Below are positions 10,236 to 20,214 of a DNA stretch of 64,000 nt, piece after piece. Each line of letters starts with the position of its first letter. Positions within the stretch are counted from its first letter, which is position 1. Origin of the DNA: an uncultured Candidatus Saccharibacteria bacterium (GTDB lineage: Bacteria; Patescibacteriota; Minisyncoccia; Phycocordibacterales; UBA918); NCBI GenBank assembly GCA_964425625.1, contig CAYRMI010000002.1, positions 62,858-126,857 of the forward strand, read 5' to 3'. Position numbers and translations under genes: made by a program. Under the pieces are notes generated by a model. The model saw only the letters and a list, made by a program, of their open reading frames with translations. It searched no databases and was not told where the DNA came from.

Positions 10236-10799
10236 TTAGAGGTTGAGGTGGCTCATCTGACCGATCTCCGTGAGACGCAGATCAGTAGCTTTTTGGATGT
10301 TAGCTTGGAGGCCTCTTGGGTCAGGGAGACCACTAGTGGTGAAATTTTCTTCAGTATTGCCGGAGGCGGTGTGGGCATGGAGAGTGCCGTAATTGAGAAA
10401 AGTAGGGATAATACCATTAATTACCACTTTTACATCCTGTAGACGTTCTAGCCTAAAGCTACTGACTTTGCGGTTAAAGAAATGGACTTGGTCAATGACG
10501 ATGATTCTTCGGTCAGTCACCAACCATAAATCTAAATAATAGTGGGTCCAAATCATAAAACCAATTAAGAGATTGAAGATTAACCAAATACACAGAACGA
10601 AGGCTAATAAATCTATATGTTCAGTGAGGATTATCATAACCTCTGGATTTTTTGGAATTAAGGCAAATAGTATGAGGGCAAAAATTGGTACTAGTATCAT
10701 AATCAAGCTACCAATTAATTCCGAAAAAATAACAAACCAGTGCTTACGAACAACTGACAAGATTTCTTCTCCCGGCTCTAGTTCAATTTTTTTTAGCAT
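10236..10799 (-). CDS. membrane protein with bacterial PH domain
   Basis: Two TMs followed by VTDRRII...RLQDV...FLNYGTL. Confidence 0.75.
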   Translation of the reverse strand: MLKKIELEPGEEILSVVRKHWFVIFSELIGSLIMILVPIFALILFALIPKNPEVMIILTEHIDLLAFVLCIWLIFNLLIGFMIWTHYYLDLWLVTDRRIIVIDQVHFFNRKVSSFRLERLQDVKVVINGIIPTFLNYGTLHAHTASGNTEENFTTSGLPDPRGLQANIQKATDLRLTEIGQMSHLNL

Positions 10800-10807
10800 A
10801 AATATAA

Positions 10808-11047
10808 TTAAATATATAAAGTTAGTAGACTTAAAGCTAAAATGAGGGGTAAGGTAAGTGAAAAATAGAGGACAATGGTGATTTTAGTGACTTTATCATC
10901 CACGCTATATTCTTGCCAGTGATAATACAGCATGAAAGTGAAGACAGTGTAGGCTCCAATCACTGCATAAAAGCCGAGTAATAAAATTGCTTCAAGTGAT
11001 AAGTCGAAGTCGGCCAAGAGATTGCTAGTGAATTCGTCTGTAGACAT
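10808..11047 (-). CDS. small hypothetical membrane protein
   Basis: Two TMs with YHWQEY; tightly packed in the prmC-hisS run. Confidence 0.7.
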   Translation of the reverse strand: MSTDEFTSNLLADFDLSLEAILLLGFYAVIGAYTVFTFMLYYHWQEYSVDDKVTKITIVLYFSLTLPLILALSLLTLYI

Positions 11048-11051
11048 GTAT

Positions 11052-11807
11052 TTATTGTAGCACTAGTCTAGAAAAGCGTTCGGTACCATATTGGTCAACC
11101 TGGGTATGGACTAGGAAGTGGGATGAGGCTACCTCTACTATAGCTTTTGTCTGTTCCGGTTCGTGTTCCAACCAGAGTTCACCATTTAAAGAAAGATGGT
11201 CAGGAGCTTTAGTAATAATTTTACCTAATAAATCAAAGCCTTGTTGCTCTGCATAAAGAGCGAGAGCTGGTTCAAAGGCGACAACACTTAGTTCGGTTCG
11301 ATTAAGTTCTTTGTCTATATATGGTGGGTTGCTGATTATTAGATCATATTTCTGACCAGAAAGGTTTGCAAATAAATCACCACCCATAATGTTTATCCGC
11401 TCGGAAGTAATTTTGTTAGCCATACAGTTTTTTAGAATCGTGGCATGATGATTTTTATCAAGTTCACTGAAAGTTACCTGGGCTTGGGGATAGGTTTTTG
11501 CGAGAGCTACTCCAATACAGCCACTACCAGCGCAGAGGTCAAGAATATTATGGGGTGTACGATGGTCTTTGGCGTAGGTATTAATTAGTTCATTTACCCA
11601 ATATTCAGTTTCCACTCGAGGGATTAAAGGATGTGAATCTAAATAGATAGTACAGCCCAAAAAGGGTTGGTTTAGAATCACGTACGCTAGTGGTTCGCCC
11701 GCCTTAAGTCGCTCACAGTCAAGCAAATAATTTTGGCTCCTTTTGCCTTGGTATTTATCTTTAAGTAGCCAGTCAAAATCGTTCATGATTGTACTATTGC
11801 CGGACAC
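11052..11807 (-). CDS. prmC: release factor glutamine methyltransferase HemK/PrmC
   Basis: LIPRVETE, LDLCAGSGCIG, ISNPPY. Start could be 11786. Confidence 0.9.
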   Translation of the reverse strand: MSGNSTIMNDFDWLLKDKYQGKRSQNYLLDCERLKAGEPLAYVILNQPFLGCTIYLDSHPLIPRVETEYWVNELINTYAKDHRTPHNILDLCAGSGCIGVALAKTYPQAQVTFSELDKNHHATILKNCMANKITSERINIMGGDLFANLSGQKYDLIISNPPYIDKELNRTELSVVAFEPALALYAEQQGFDLLGKIITKAPDHLSLNGELWLEHEPEQTKAIVEVASSHFLVHTQVDQYGTERFSRLVLQ

Positions 11808-11887
11808 TTGTTTTTTGTCAATGATAATTTAAGTTGCACACAGGTGTGATGAAGTTGGGAGAGTTTATTTGTTACACTAGAGTCAGT

Positions 11888-12916
11888 ATGAAAAAGAATA
11901 CCAAATTGTATGAGACAGTGGCTACTTTGATGGCACCAGGAAAGGGAATTTTGGCAGCTGATGAGAGTGATGCGACAGCGGGGAAAAGACTGGCGATGGT
12001 GCATTTACCAAATGACTCTGAGAATCGACAGGATTTTCGAGAGCTGTTGTTTACCGCACCGGGCATAGAAGAATATTTATCAGGTGTAATTTTGTATGAT
12101 TCTACACTACGTAGCTTTACTGACGAAGGTATCCCATTTCCTGATGTACTAACAGCTAAAGGGATTGTACCTGGTATTAAAGTTGACTTAGGAACGGTTG
12201 ATGTTCCTGGCTTTAAGGGAGAAGTGGTTACACAGGGGCTAGATAGTCTGGCTGAGCGCTTTGCCGAGTACTATGACTATGGTGCTCGCTTTGCTAAGTG
12301 GAGAGCAGTCATTACGATTGATGACGAGGATACACCAACTGATGCCATATTGACTATGAACGCGATGATGTTGACTCGTTACGCTCAGATTGCTCAAGCG
12401 GCTGGTATCGTACCGATTGTTGAACCAGAAGTAATATACGCTGGTGATCATTCTTTGGTTAAAGCCGAACAGGTTACTACTCGGACCTTGCAGATTTTAT
12501 TTCAGACTCTAATGAACTACAAAGTCGACTTAGAGGCATTGATTCTGAAATCCTCTATGGTTTTGGCGGGAGATATGTATACAGAACAATCGACTCCTGA
12601 ACAAATCGCCAACGCCACTTTGCGGTCTTTCCACATGGCTGTTCCGTATGAAGTGGGAGGGATTGTTTTCTTATCTGGAGGACAAACGCCTAAGCGTTCG
12701 ACTGAAAACCTCAATGCCATTGCCAAATTTGGCGAACAACCTTGGCCTATCACATTCTCGTATTCTAGAGCCATTGAGGAACCAGTCCTCTTAACTTGGC
12801 AAGGGAAGCCAGAAAATATAATTGAGGCTCAGCAGACCTTGCTTTATGTAGCAAAAATGAATAGTCTGGCCAGTTTGGGAAAGTATGATGGAGCGCTCGA
12901 TAAAAAACTTAAGTAG
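11888..12916 (+). CDS. fructose-bisphosphate aldolase class I
   Basis: GKGILAADES, GIKVD, FAKWR, VPIVEPEV, FLSGGQ, TFSYSRA. Confidence 0.93.
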   Translation: MKKNTKLYETVATLMAPGKGILAADESDATAGKRLAMVHLPNDSENRQDFRELLFTAPGIEEYLSGVILYDSTLRSFTDEGIPFPDVLTAKGIVPGIKVDLGTVDVPGFKGEVVTQGLDSLAERFAEYYDYGARFAKWRAVITIDDEDTPTDAILTMNAMMLTRYAQIAQAAGIVPIVEPEVIYAGDHSLVKAEQVTTRTLQILFQTLMNYKVDLEALILKSSMVLAGDMYTEQSTPEQIANATLRSFHMAVPYEVGGIVFLSGGQTPKRSTENLNAIAKFGEQPWPITFSYSRAIEEPVLLTWQGKPENIIEAQQTLLYVAKMNSLASLGKYDGALDKKLK

Positions 12917-12927
12917 TTAATGGCCAA

Positions 12928-12977
12928 AGAAGAAATAGTAAAAATCCACCCGCAGGTGGATTTTTACTATTTCTTCT
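12928..12977. terminator. bidirectional terminator
   Basis: Long perfect inverted repeat agaagaaatagtaaaaatccacc / ggtggatttttactatttcttct between convergent aldolase and rpmG. Confidence 0.75.
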
Positions 12978-13146
12978 GCTTATAGACAGTATGCTTTTTG
13001 GCGACGGGGTTGAATTTTTTGGTTTCGTACTTCTTACTCGGGTCTTTTTTTGACTTGTTATTATAGCGGGTATAGTAAGTATGGCCTTTGCCCACGCCGT
13101 TTTTATCGCCGACTGAAACTAGCTTTATCAATAAATCCTGTGACAT
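12967..13146 (-). CDS. rpmG: 50S ribosomal protein L33 (zinc-free type)
   Basis: IKLVS...GHTYYT..N......KKFNPVAKKHTVYK; no Cys. TTGACG-17-TATTCT promoter just upstream. Confidence 0.85.
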   Translation of the reverse strand: MSQDLLIKLVSVGDKNGVGKGHTYYTRYNNKSKKDPSKKYETKKFNPVAKKHTVYKQKK

Positions 13147-13328
13147 AATGGGTTGAAGAATACCAAATCTAACGCCAAACGTCAAACTTTAACTGGTGAT
13201 GGATTGATTTTAAATTATGTACAGTAGTTTGGGGTTGATATCAACATTTAAGTAAGGATGTATACCCGGATACACGTGTTATCATAGTTATGCGCCATAG
13301 CCAAAAAAGCGCGTGATTTAGTACCTGC

Positions 13329-14552
13329 ATGAAAATTCTTACCTTTGGTTGGGACTTTCCACCGTCACGAAACGGTGGTCTTGGTGTAGCTTGCTTTGGA
13401 TTAACTCGAGAATTAGCAGAAAAAGGAGTAGAAGTTATCTTTGTTTTGCCCCGTACTCAGGACACTATTGGTAAGCCACGTTTCGTTTTTGCAGACACTA
13501 GTCGTACGGTTAAAGTTAGAACTGTCAAATCTTATCTTAAACCTTATCACGCAGCCGAAAGCTTAATTTATGCTCATGAAGGTTACGATAAAACTGGAAG
13601 GCCAATAATCAAAGCCCGCACCATCATGGAAGAAGCACATCGTTTTGCTCATCAGGCTTCGCTAATCGCGCAAGAAGAAGAATTCGATCTAATACACGCT
13701 CACGACTGGACATCTTATCTAGCAGGAGTAGCCGCTAAGCTAGCTAGCGGTAAGCCACTAATCTTGCATGTTCATGCCACTTCTTATGACCAAGCAGCCA
13801 GCGAAAATGTTGATCCAGGAATTTATAAAATTGAGTGCGAAGCCTTTGCCGTAGCTGACAAAATTGTGACGGTTAGTGCTTGGACTAAAGATATGATTGT
13901 CAGGAAACATGGGGTAGATCCAGCCAAAGTAGTAGTGGTGCATAATGGTTGTGATACTTTTGAACCACCAAGGCACGAACCCACATTGGCTGGTCTTAAG
14001 GCGCAAGGCAAGAAAGTAGTGCTTTATCATGGACGAATTACTATTCAGAAGGGTGTAGATTATTTTATTAAGGCCGCCCGCCGAGTCGTTGATGTAGACA
14101 AAAATGTCGTGTTTGTAATTTCTGGTTGGGGAGATATGACCAACCAAATTATTGCCCAAGTCGGTGCCATGGGTTTGTCACAGAATGTTATCTTTGCTGG
14201 CGCTCTTTGGGAAGAAGAGCGTGATCGTATGTATCAGAGCGCTGACCTCTTGGTCATGCCGTCTGTTTCTGAACCTTTTGGTCTGGTGCCACTGGAGGCT
14301 CTCCAGCATGGAGCGCCGTCTCTGATCTCTAAGCAGTCGGGGGTAGGGGAAGTCTTAACCCATGCCCTGAAGGTGGATTTTTGGGATACCGAAGAGATGG
14401 CCAATCAAATTCTGGCGGCTTTGCGTTATCCGGTAATGCGCCGACAAATCATAGAAGAAGGAAAGCGGGACTTAAACCGCATGTCCTGGAAGGAAGCGGC
14501 GCAAAAAATGTATCATCTTTACCGAACTCTGTTACAATATCTCACACCATAA
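13329..14552 (+). CDS. GT4 glycosyltransferase (glycogen synthase-like)
   Basis: GWDFPP...GGLG, IHAHDW, MPSVSEPFGLVPLEA. Confidence 0.88.
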   Translation: MKILTFGWDFPPSRNGGLGVACFGLTRELAEKGVEVIFVLPRTQDTIGKPRFVFADTSRTVKVRTVKSYLKPYHAAESLIYAHEGYDKTGRPIIKARTIMEEAHRFAHQASLIAQEEEFDLIHAHDWTSYLAGVAAKLASGKPLILHVHATSYDQAASENVDPGIYKIECEAFAVADKIVTVSAWTKDMIVRKHGVDPAKVVVVHNGCDTFEPPRHEPTLAGLKAQGKKVVLYHGRITIQKGVDYFIKAARRVVDVDKNVVFVISGWGDMTNQIIAQVGAMGLSQNVIFAGALWEEERDRMYQSADLLVMPSVSEPFGLVPLEALQHGAPSLISKQSGVGEVLTHALKVDFWDTEEMANQILAALRYPVMRRQIIEEGKRDLNRMSWKEAAQKMYHLYRTLLQYLTP

Positions 14553-14553
14553 T

Positions 14554-15954
14554 ATGCTTACTGTCTGTCCTTATTTCCACGTCCATCAACCATTTCGTAT
14601 CAAGAAGTATAGAGTCTTTGATATCGGTAATGATAACGAGTATTTTAATGATTCATCCGAAACCGATTTAAATAATCGACGCATCATCGATAAGGTGGCC
14701 AACAAATCCTATCGCCCGACTAATGCTATATTGCAGGAACTCTTAGACACTCATCCAGAATTTCGTTTCGCCTTGTCTTTTTCGGGCACCGTGCTGGATC
14801 AATTTGAAGCCTTTGCTCCTGATGTATTAGAATCATTCCAAAAGTTGGTGGCTAGTGGACGAGTGGAAATCTTGGCCGATACTTACCATCACTCTTTATC
14901 ATTCTTCTACTCTGTCCCAGAGTTTGAACGTCAAGTAAAACAACACAAAAAAAGAATCAAGCAGTTGTTTGGCGTTAAGCCACGAGTGTTTCGAAATACT
15001 GAACTGTCTTACCGCAATGATTTAGCCCATTGGTGCGAAGACAATGGCTATCTTGGTATCATGGCTGAAGGTTGGGATAAATACCTCGGGTGGCGCAGTC
15101 CAAACTTTCTTTATCATCCACCGGGAAGAAATAAGATTAAGGTTCTCCTAAAAAACTACAAGCTATCGGATGACGTCGCTTTTCGATTTGGTAACCAGGC
15201 CTGGGAGAGTTGGCCACTTTCGGCCGATACTTACGCCGGTTGGATTCATTCTCATCACGGTAATGGTCAGACTATAAATCTATTTATGGATTATGAGACC
15301 TTTGGTGAGCATCAATGGGAAGATACTGGTATTTTTAACTTCCTCCGTGCGTTACCTAGTATCTTAACCAAACATCCCGATACCTCATTTAAAACACCAA
15401 CCGAGACGGTGACTAGCTATGATGCTGTCGGAGAGATAGATGTCCCAGATGTTTTGACTTGGGCGGATACCGACCGAGATTTGACGGCTTGGACAGGTAA
15501 CGATATTCAGAGAGACGCTATCTCTGCTATTTATGGGATGGAAGAAAAAGTGCTGGGGACAAAAAATAAATCGTTAATTGAAACTTGGCGAAAGTTACAA
15601 ACTTCAGATCACTTTTATTACATGTGTACTAAGTGGTCTAATGATGGAGATGTGCATGCTTACTTCAGTCCCTACCAATCCCCATATGACGCATATATCG
15701 CTTTCATGAATGCCTTAAGTGATTTACAATTGAGGGTGAATCATGCGCTTCAAGTAGAGGAGGAGCGGGTGAGGTTGAAAGCTGAACAAAGTGAAAAAGT
15801 GGAGGAGGTAAATGAAGAGACTTTTATTGAGGAATCTGTCACCGTGATTGTAAAAGAAGAACCAAAAGCCTGGTGGCAAAGATTGTCTCATTGGAGTAAG
15901 CGAGTCTGGGGAAGTATTTCTGGGTCTTCGATCTTCAAAGTTCACAAAGATTAG
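14554..15954 (+). CDS. GH57 alpha-amylase family protein
   Basis: YFHVHQP, FRNTEL, FMDYETFGEHQW, LQTSDHFYYM. Confidence 0.92.
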   Translation: MLTVCPYFHVHQPFRIKKYRVFDIGNDNEYFNDSSETDLNNRRIIDKVANKSYRPTNAILQELLDTHPEFRFALSFSGTVLDQFEAFAPDVLESFQKLVASGRVEILADTYHHSLSFFYSVPEFERQVKQHKKRIKQLFGVKPRVFRNTELSYRNDLAHWCEDNGYLGIMAEGWDKYLGWRSPNFLYHPPGRNKIKVLLKNYKLSDDVAFRFGNQAWESWPLSADTYAGWIHSHHGNGQTINLFMDYETFGEHQWEDTGIFNFLRALPSILTKHPDTSFKTPTETVTSYDAVGEIDVPDVLTWADTDRDLTAWTGNDIQRDAISAIYGMEEKVLGTKNKSLIETWRKLQTSDHFYYMCTKWSNDGDVHAYFSPYQSPYDAYIAFMNALSDLQLRVNHALQVEEERVRLKAEQSEKVEEVNEETFIEESVTVIVKEEPKAWWQRLSHWSKRVWGSISGSSIFKVHKD

Positions 15955-15972
15955 TTCTTAATTTTTATATAT

Positions 15973-16347
15973 ATGCCAACAGCAGTAAAAAAAGTGGTTA
16001 CAAAAACTACTCCTAAAGTAGTAGCAAAAAAAGTAGCCGTTAAGCCAAAAAAGGTAGTGGCCAAAAAAGACGTAGCGGGTAAAAGCCTTGTGTATGCCGA
16101 TAGTGCAAAGTCTTTTTGGTTAAAAGATGGTCAGATCTTAAATAGTTTACAGGCCTTACATGATGCTTTAGTAAAAATGGATAAGGTAGTTTATGCTCAT
16201 CATGTCGGAAAAGGCAAAAATGACTTTGCAGAGTGGGTACAAGCAGTGCTTGGTGATAAGACCTGTGCGACTGATTTACGTAAAGCCAAATCAGCTGGTG
16301 GAGCCAAACTGGTGGTCGCCAAGTACTTAAAGGAATACCGACTATAA
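15973..16347 (+). CDS. DUF5752-like protein with Lys/Val-rich basic N-terminal tail
   Basis: FWLKDG...SL..L.DAL..M....YAHHV...KNDFAEWV..VLGD; N-terminus has KKVV/KKVA repeats. Confidence 0.6.
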   Translation: MPTAVKKVVTKTTPKVVAKKVAVKPKKVVAKKDVAGKSLVYADSAKSFWLKDGQILNSLQALHDALVKMDKVVYAHHVGKGKNDFAEWVQAVLGDKTCATDLRKAKSAGGAKLVVAKYLKEYRL

Positions 16348-16348
16348 T

Positions 16349-18322
16349 ATGGCTCGATCGGTCACGATTGGTAATGGCAGTCTATTGGTAGGCCTTGATT
16401 ATCGTGGTCAGGTGCGAGATTTGTATTACCCTTACGTTGGCGAGCCTAATCATGTTAGTGGTGCTAGTGGTAGTTTTGTTCATAGAATTGGCGTGTACGT
16501 CGATGGGGCGATTTCTTGGCTAGATGATCCGGAATGGCAGATTACCGTCGGTGCCGATGATCGTACCTCGGTCGGTAGCATGTTTGCCGTCAATCATCGG
16601 TTGGGTATTACCCTAGCTAGTAGAGATGCCGTTCATAACGAGCAGAATGTTTTTCTACGTGACTTCCACATCACTAATACCAAAGCTAGTGAGCGTGAAG
16701 TAAAATTATTTTTATCACAACAGTTTCGTATCGCTGAATCACGGCGAGGTGATACGGCTTTTTTTGATCCTCGGGTTAAGGCCATCATCCACTATAAAGG
16801 CAAGTACACTTTTTTGGTTAACGCTTTTGTTAATGGGAAGCAATTTGTCGACTACAATATTGGCTTATTTGGTATCGAAGGCAAGGAGGGAACTTATCTT
16901 GATGCGGTGGACGGCGTCCTCGAGCGCAATCCAATTGAACATGGGTCAGTGGATTCGGTGATTGGTCTAACGGCTGTACTGGGGCCAGAACAAGTGGCAC
17001 AAATGCAATATTGGGTGGTGTGTGGTGAATCGATTCCAGCGGTCCATACCCTTGATGCCTATGTTCTAGAAGAGCAGGCTAGCCGTTTAATTGCCGGAAC
17101 TGAATCATATTGGCAGGCTTGGTTGGAAAAAGAAGATCGGGATCTATCTTTATTACCAGCGTCTTTGCAAAGACTGTTTAACCGCTCGCTTATCACTATG
17201 CGCGTTCATGCCGATAATCAAGGCGGAATTATTGCTTCCAGTGATACCGACATGCTCCATCACGGTCGTGATACTTATAGTTATGTGTGGCCCCGCGATG
17301 GTGCAACGGTGGCTTTGGCGCTCGATACCGCTGGTTATCACGATGTCACCAAGCGCTTTTACTCTTTTGCTACTAAGTGTGCTGAGCCGGGTGGTTACCT
17401 TATGCACAAGTACCGGACTGATGGTGTCTTGGGTAGTTCTTGGCACCCATGGATGCAACATGGTAAACCGCGACTACCAATTCAGGAAGACGAGACAGCG
17501 GCCGTGGTTTTTATGCTTTGGCAACACTACGAAAAGTGTCGCGACTTAGAGTTTATTGAATCTCTTTATAATCCTTTTATCGAGCCAGCGGCCCGTTTTA
17601 TGTGTGATTACATTGAGTCAACTACTGGTCTACCCCAAGCTTCTTACGATTTATGGGAAGAAAAATATGGTACCTCTACTTACACGGCTTCGGCTGTCTA
17701 TGGTGGATTGATGGCCGCTTCACGTTTTGCTATGATGCTGGGCAAAGATGATGATGCTCGTACCTATCAGGCAGTGGCGCAAAGATTACAAGGGGCCATT
17801 CTCTCTCTCTTGTTTGATAATGAATTGGGTATGTTTGTGAAGCATGTACTCCATGATGAGGACGGTGAATTGACCTACGACCGCACAGTAGATACTAGTA
17901 GTTTTTATGGTCCGCTACTTTTTGGTGTGGTAGATGTGGATGACCCAATCATGACTAAAGCCAAGAAAACGGTCGATGAGCGGTTACAGGTGCAGGCTGA
18001 TAGTAAAGGTTATGTACGTTACGAAAATGATCGTTATTACCGTATGCAAGATGCTGGTTCACCGAATCCGTGGGTCATTACTACCCTTTGGATGGCTCAG
18101 TACTATATTGCAAAGGCTAAAGTCCTCAAGGATCTAAAACCAGCGATAGAACTTTTGGAATGGACTTGCTCGCATGCAACTTCGGGTGGTGTTTTGGCTG
18201 AGCAGATGCATCCTAATACCAGAGTTCACCTATCGACTTCACCATTAGTTTGGAGTCACGCGGAATACGTCCTAGCGGTAGAGGCTTATCTGACAAAAGC
18301 CAAAGAACTATCAACTAAGTAA
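16349..18322 (+). CDS. GH15 glucoamylase-family glycoside hydrolase
   Basis: YSYVWPRDG, QEDET, YDLWEE, LAEQ, PLVWSHAEY. Confidence 0.92.
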   Translation: MARSVTIGNGSLLVGLDYRGQVRDLYYPYVGEPNHVSGASGSFVHRIGVYVDGAISWLDDPEWQITVGADDRTSVGSMFAVNHRLGITLASRDAVHNEQNVFLRDFHITNTKASEREVKLFLSQQFRIAESRRGDTAFFDPRVKAIIHYKGKYTFLVNAFVNGKQFVDYNIGLFGIEGKEGTYLDAVDGVLERNPIEHGSVDSVIGLTAVLGPEQVAQMQYWVVCGESIPAVHTLDAYVLEEQASRLIAGTESYWQAWLEKEDRDLSLLPASLQRLFNRSLITMRVHADNQGGIIASSDTDMLHHGRDTYSYVWPRDGATVALALDTAGYHDVTKRFYSFATKCAEPGGYLMHKYRTDGVLGSSWHPWMQHGKPRLPIQEDETAAVVFMLWQHYEKCRDLEFIESLYNPFIEPAARFMCDYIESTTGLPQASYDLWEEKYGTSTYTASAVYGGLMAASRFAMMLGKDDDARTYQAVAQRLQGAILSLLFDNELGMFVKHVLHDEDGELTYDRTVDTSSFYGPLLFGVVDVDDPIMTKAKKTVDERLQVQADSKGYVRYENDRYYRMQDAGSPNPWVITTLWMAQYYIAKAKVLKDLKPAIELLEWTCSHATSGGVLAEQMHPNTRVHLSTSPLVWSHAEYVLAVEAYLTKAKELSTK

Positions 18323-18328
18323 TGATTA

Positions 18329-19141
18329 TTAAAATTTTTTGATCCAGGTTTGCTTTTCCTGAGAGAAGTGTCCGATCGTGGTACGGTGAATACTAAAAGC
18401 GAGACCAGTCGTGTCGACGGCTTGGGCTATTACTTCAGCCAGAGAGCGCATGTAGGTACCACTAGAGGCAGTACAAATAAATTTCCCCAGTGTAAATTCA
18501 TCTTGGGGTGAGCCAGTGTTTAAAAAAGTCTGCCAGGTAGCCAGAACGTCTGGTCGGCGAAAATCATTACCTAGCGCTTTTCGTGGATCGGTGACGGTTG
18601 GCAGAGAAGCGATTTTTTCGGTAGCACTTTTATATATTTGTGCCCTAGTCATGGTATCGAGGTCGGTTAGTTCTAGGTTGTAGACAGTTGACTCTTTGGT
18701 GGGTATCTCGATTTCATTTAAACGCCCCATAACAGCCCAAGTATGTAAGGGGACACCTTTGACTGTTCTAGATGAGAAGATTGGGTAAGGTAAACAAATC
18801 TGACCGGTAAGTTTGTCTAAGATACCTACGATAGTCTCTTTTTCAATGAGAGTTTTTTTATGCTCGGTAACTAAGCCCAGTACATCACCGGAGTCAGAGG
18901 AAATACCAAATAGAACTTCGAATTCATAGGTCTTATCTAGACCATGGTATTTTGCTTGCTGTTTACATTCATCACCAATCAAGACTAAGAGTTTGCCCGA
19001 GGCCATCGGATCGAGGCGACCAGCATAAGCTAGTGGTACGCCGGTTAAGTCAGGGCGGTTGGCTCGCCATTCCTCTAGTTTATCTAGCGGAGTCTCGCCC
19101 ACAGCTTTTTCAAGAATAATGTATTTTTCTTTTTTATTCAT
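18329..19141 (-). CDS. truB: tRNA pseudouridine synthase TruB-like
   Basis: YAGRLDPMASGKL and SSGTYMRSLA. Start may be 19165. Confidence 0.82.
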   Translation of the reverse strand: MNKKEKYIILEKAVGETPLDKLEEWRANRPDLTGVPLAYAGRLDPMASGKLLVLIGDECKQQAKYHGLDKTYEFEVLFGISSDSGDVLGLVTEHKKTLIEKETIVGILDKLTGQICLPYPIFSSRTVKGVPLHTWAVMGRLNEIEIPTKESTVYNLELTDLDTMTRAQIYKSATEKIASLPTVTDPRKALGNDFRRPDVLATWQTFLNTGSPQDEFTLGKFICTASSGTYMRSLAEVIAQAVDTTGLAFSIHRTTIGHFSQEKQTWIKKF

Positions 19142-19148
19142 GTTTAAG

Positions 19149-20105
19149 TTAGCGTTCGTCTTCATCTTCTATCTCGAGCTGGATGATTTCTTCGATGATA
19201 TCTTCTAGACTTATTACTCCTAAAAATTGATCGTTCTTAGTCATGACGATACCGAGGTGTTGGTAGCGTTTGAGCATTCTAGCTAAGACTACATCTAATT
19301 TTTCATCCGGTCTGACTTTTAAGAAAGAACGTTCAAAAGCTACTTCTGTATCATGGAGGGCGGTGTTTAGTTCTTCACCCAATAGGTCACGAGCAAATAA
19401 TATACCGATGATGTTGTCTTTATTGCCACTATAAATTGGGTAACGTGAATAAGCACTTTCACCTAAAGTAGCGATAAAATCATCAGTCATTCGTTGGTGT
19501 TCTTCAAAGCAGACCACCTTATCTTTAGGGGTCATCACCTCTCGCACGCTGGTGTGTGAGAACTGTAAGGCGCCGTGGATGATTCGTTCTTCATCGGCAT
19601 CGAGGTCACTATGTTCTGAGTCCTCCAACTCCGAAACTAAGTGCATTAGCTCGCGCTTAGAAAAGACGGTGGGTATTTCATCACCCAGCATTCGGTCTAG
19701 TAGGTAGGCAATCGGGTAAGTGATGGGTAGCATGACAAGCATCAGTACTTTGGTGACTGGGGCAAAGGTACTACCAAACCACAAAGCATGTCGAGCAAAG
19801 GCTGCTTGGGGAATGATTTCTCCTAAGAGAAAAATTGAAGCAGTAGCCACTATGCCAGCAATTACTCCACTAGCAATTGAGCCAATATAGACCGAAAGAG
19901 TAGTGTTAACCGCTACGTTACCCAGAAGTAGGGTAGTGAGTAGTAAGTTACCTTTCTGTCGAATTGGATAAACTGCCTTAGCAGCTCTATCACCCAATCG
20001 GGCTTTTCGTCTGAGGGTATTTGGATCAAGCGAAAAATAGCCCAACGTGAGACCGGAGAACATAGCTGAACAAGCCAAGAGAAAAATTGAGATGAGGTAT
20101 TCCAC
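19149..20105 (-). CDS. CNNM/DUF21 + CBS domain membrane protein (CorB-like)
   Basis: FSGLTLG, LLTTLLLGN, GEIIPQ, VMTP, YSRYPIY, LEDIIEEI. Confidence 0.9.
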   Translation of the reverse strand: MEYLISIFLLACSAMFSGLTLGYFSLDPNTLRRKARLGDRAAKAVYPIRQKGNLLLTTLLLGNVAVNTTLSVYIGSIASGVIAGIVATASIFLLGEIIPQAAFARHALWFGSTFAPVTKVLMLVMLPITYPIAYLLDRMLGDEIPTVFSKRELMHLVSELEDSEHSDLDADEERIIHGALQFSHTSVREVMTPKDKVVCFEEHQRMTDDFIATLGESAYSRYPIYSGNKDNIIGILFARDLLGEELNTALHDTEVAFERSFLKVRPDEKLDVVLARMLKRYQHLGIVMTKNDQFLGVISLEDIIEEIIQLEIEDEDER

Positions 20106-20114
20106 GATAGAGTT

Positions 20115-20195
20115 CTAGAGCGGTTCTCCGCCTAAGAAAGCATTAACCATAAGAAGCAATACGAAGCCAGCTAGGGCCAGGATTAAATATTTCAT
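20115..20195 (-). CDS. 26-aa single-TM small protein (not in the ORF track)
   Basis: MKYLILALAGFVLLLMVNAFLGGEPL*, preceded by TGCTATAAT; ends 10 nt before the CNNM gene start. Confidence 0.45.
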   Translation of the reverse strand: MKYLILALAGFVLLLMVNAFLGGEPL

Positions 20196-20214
20196 ATAGT
20201 TAAATTATAGCAGA

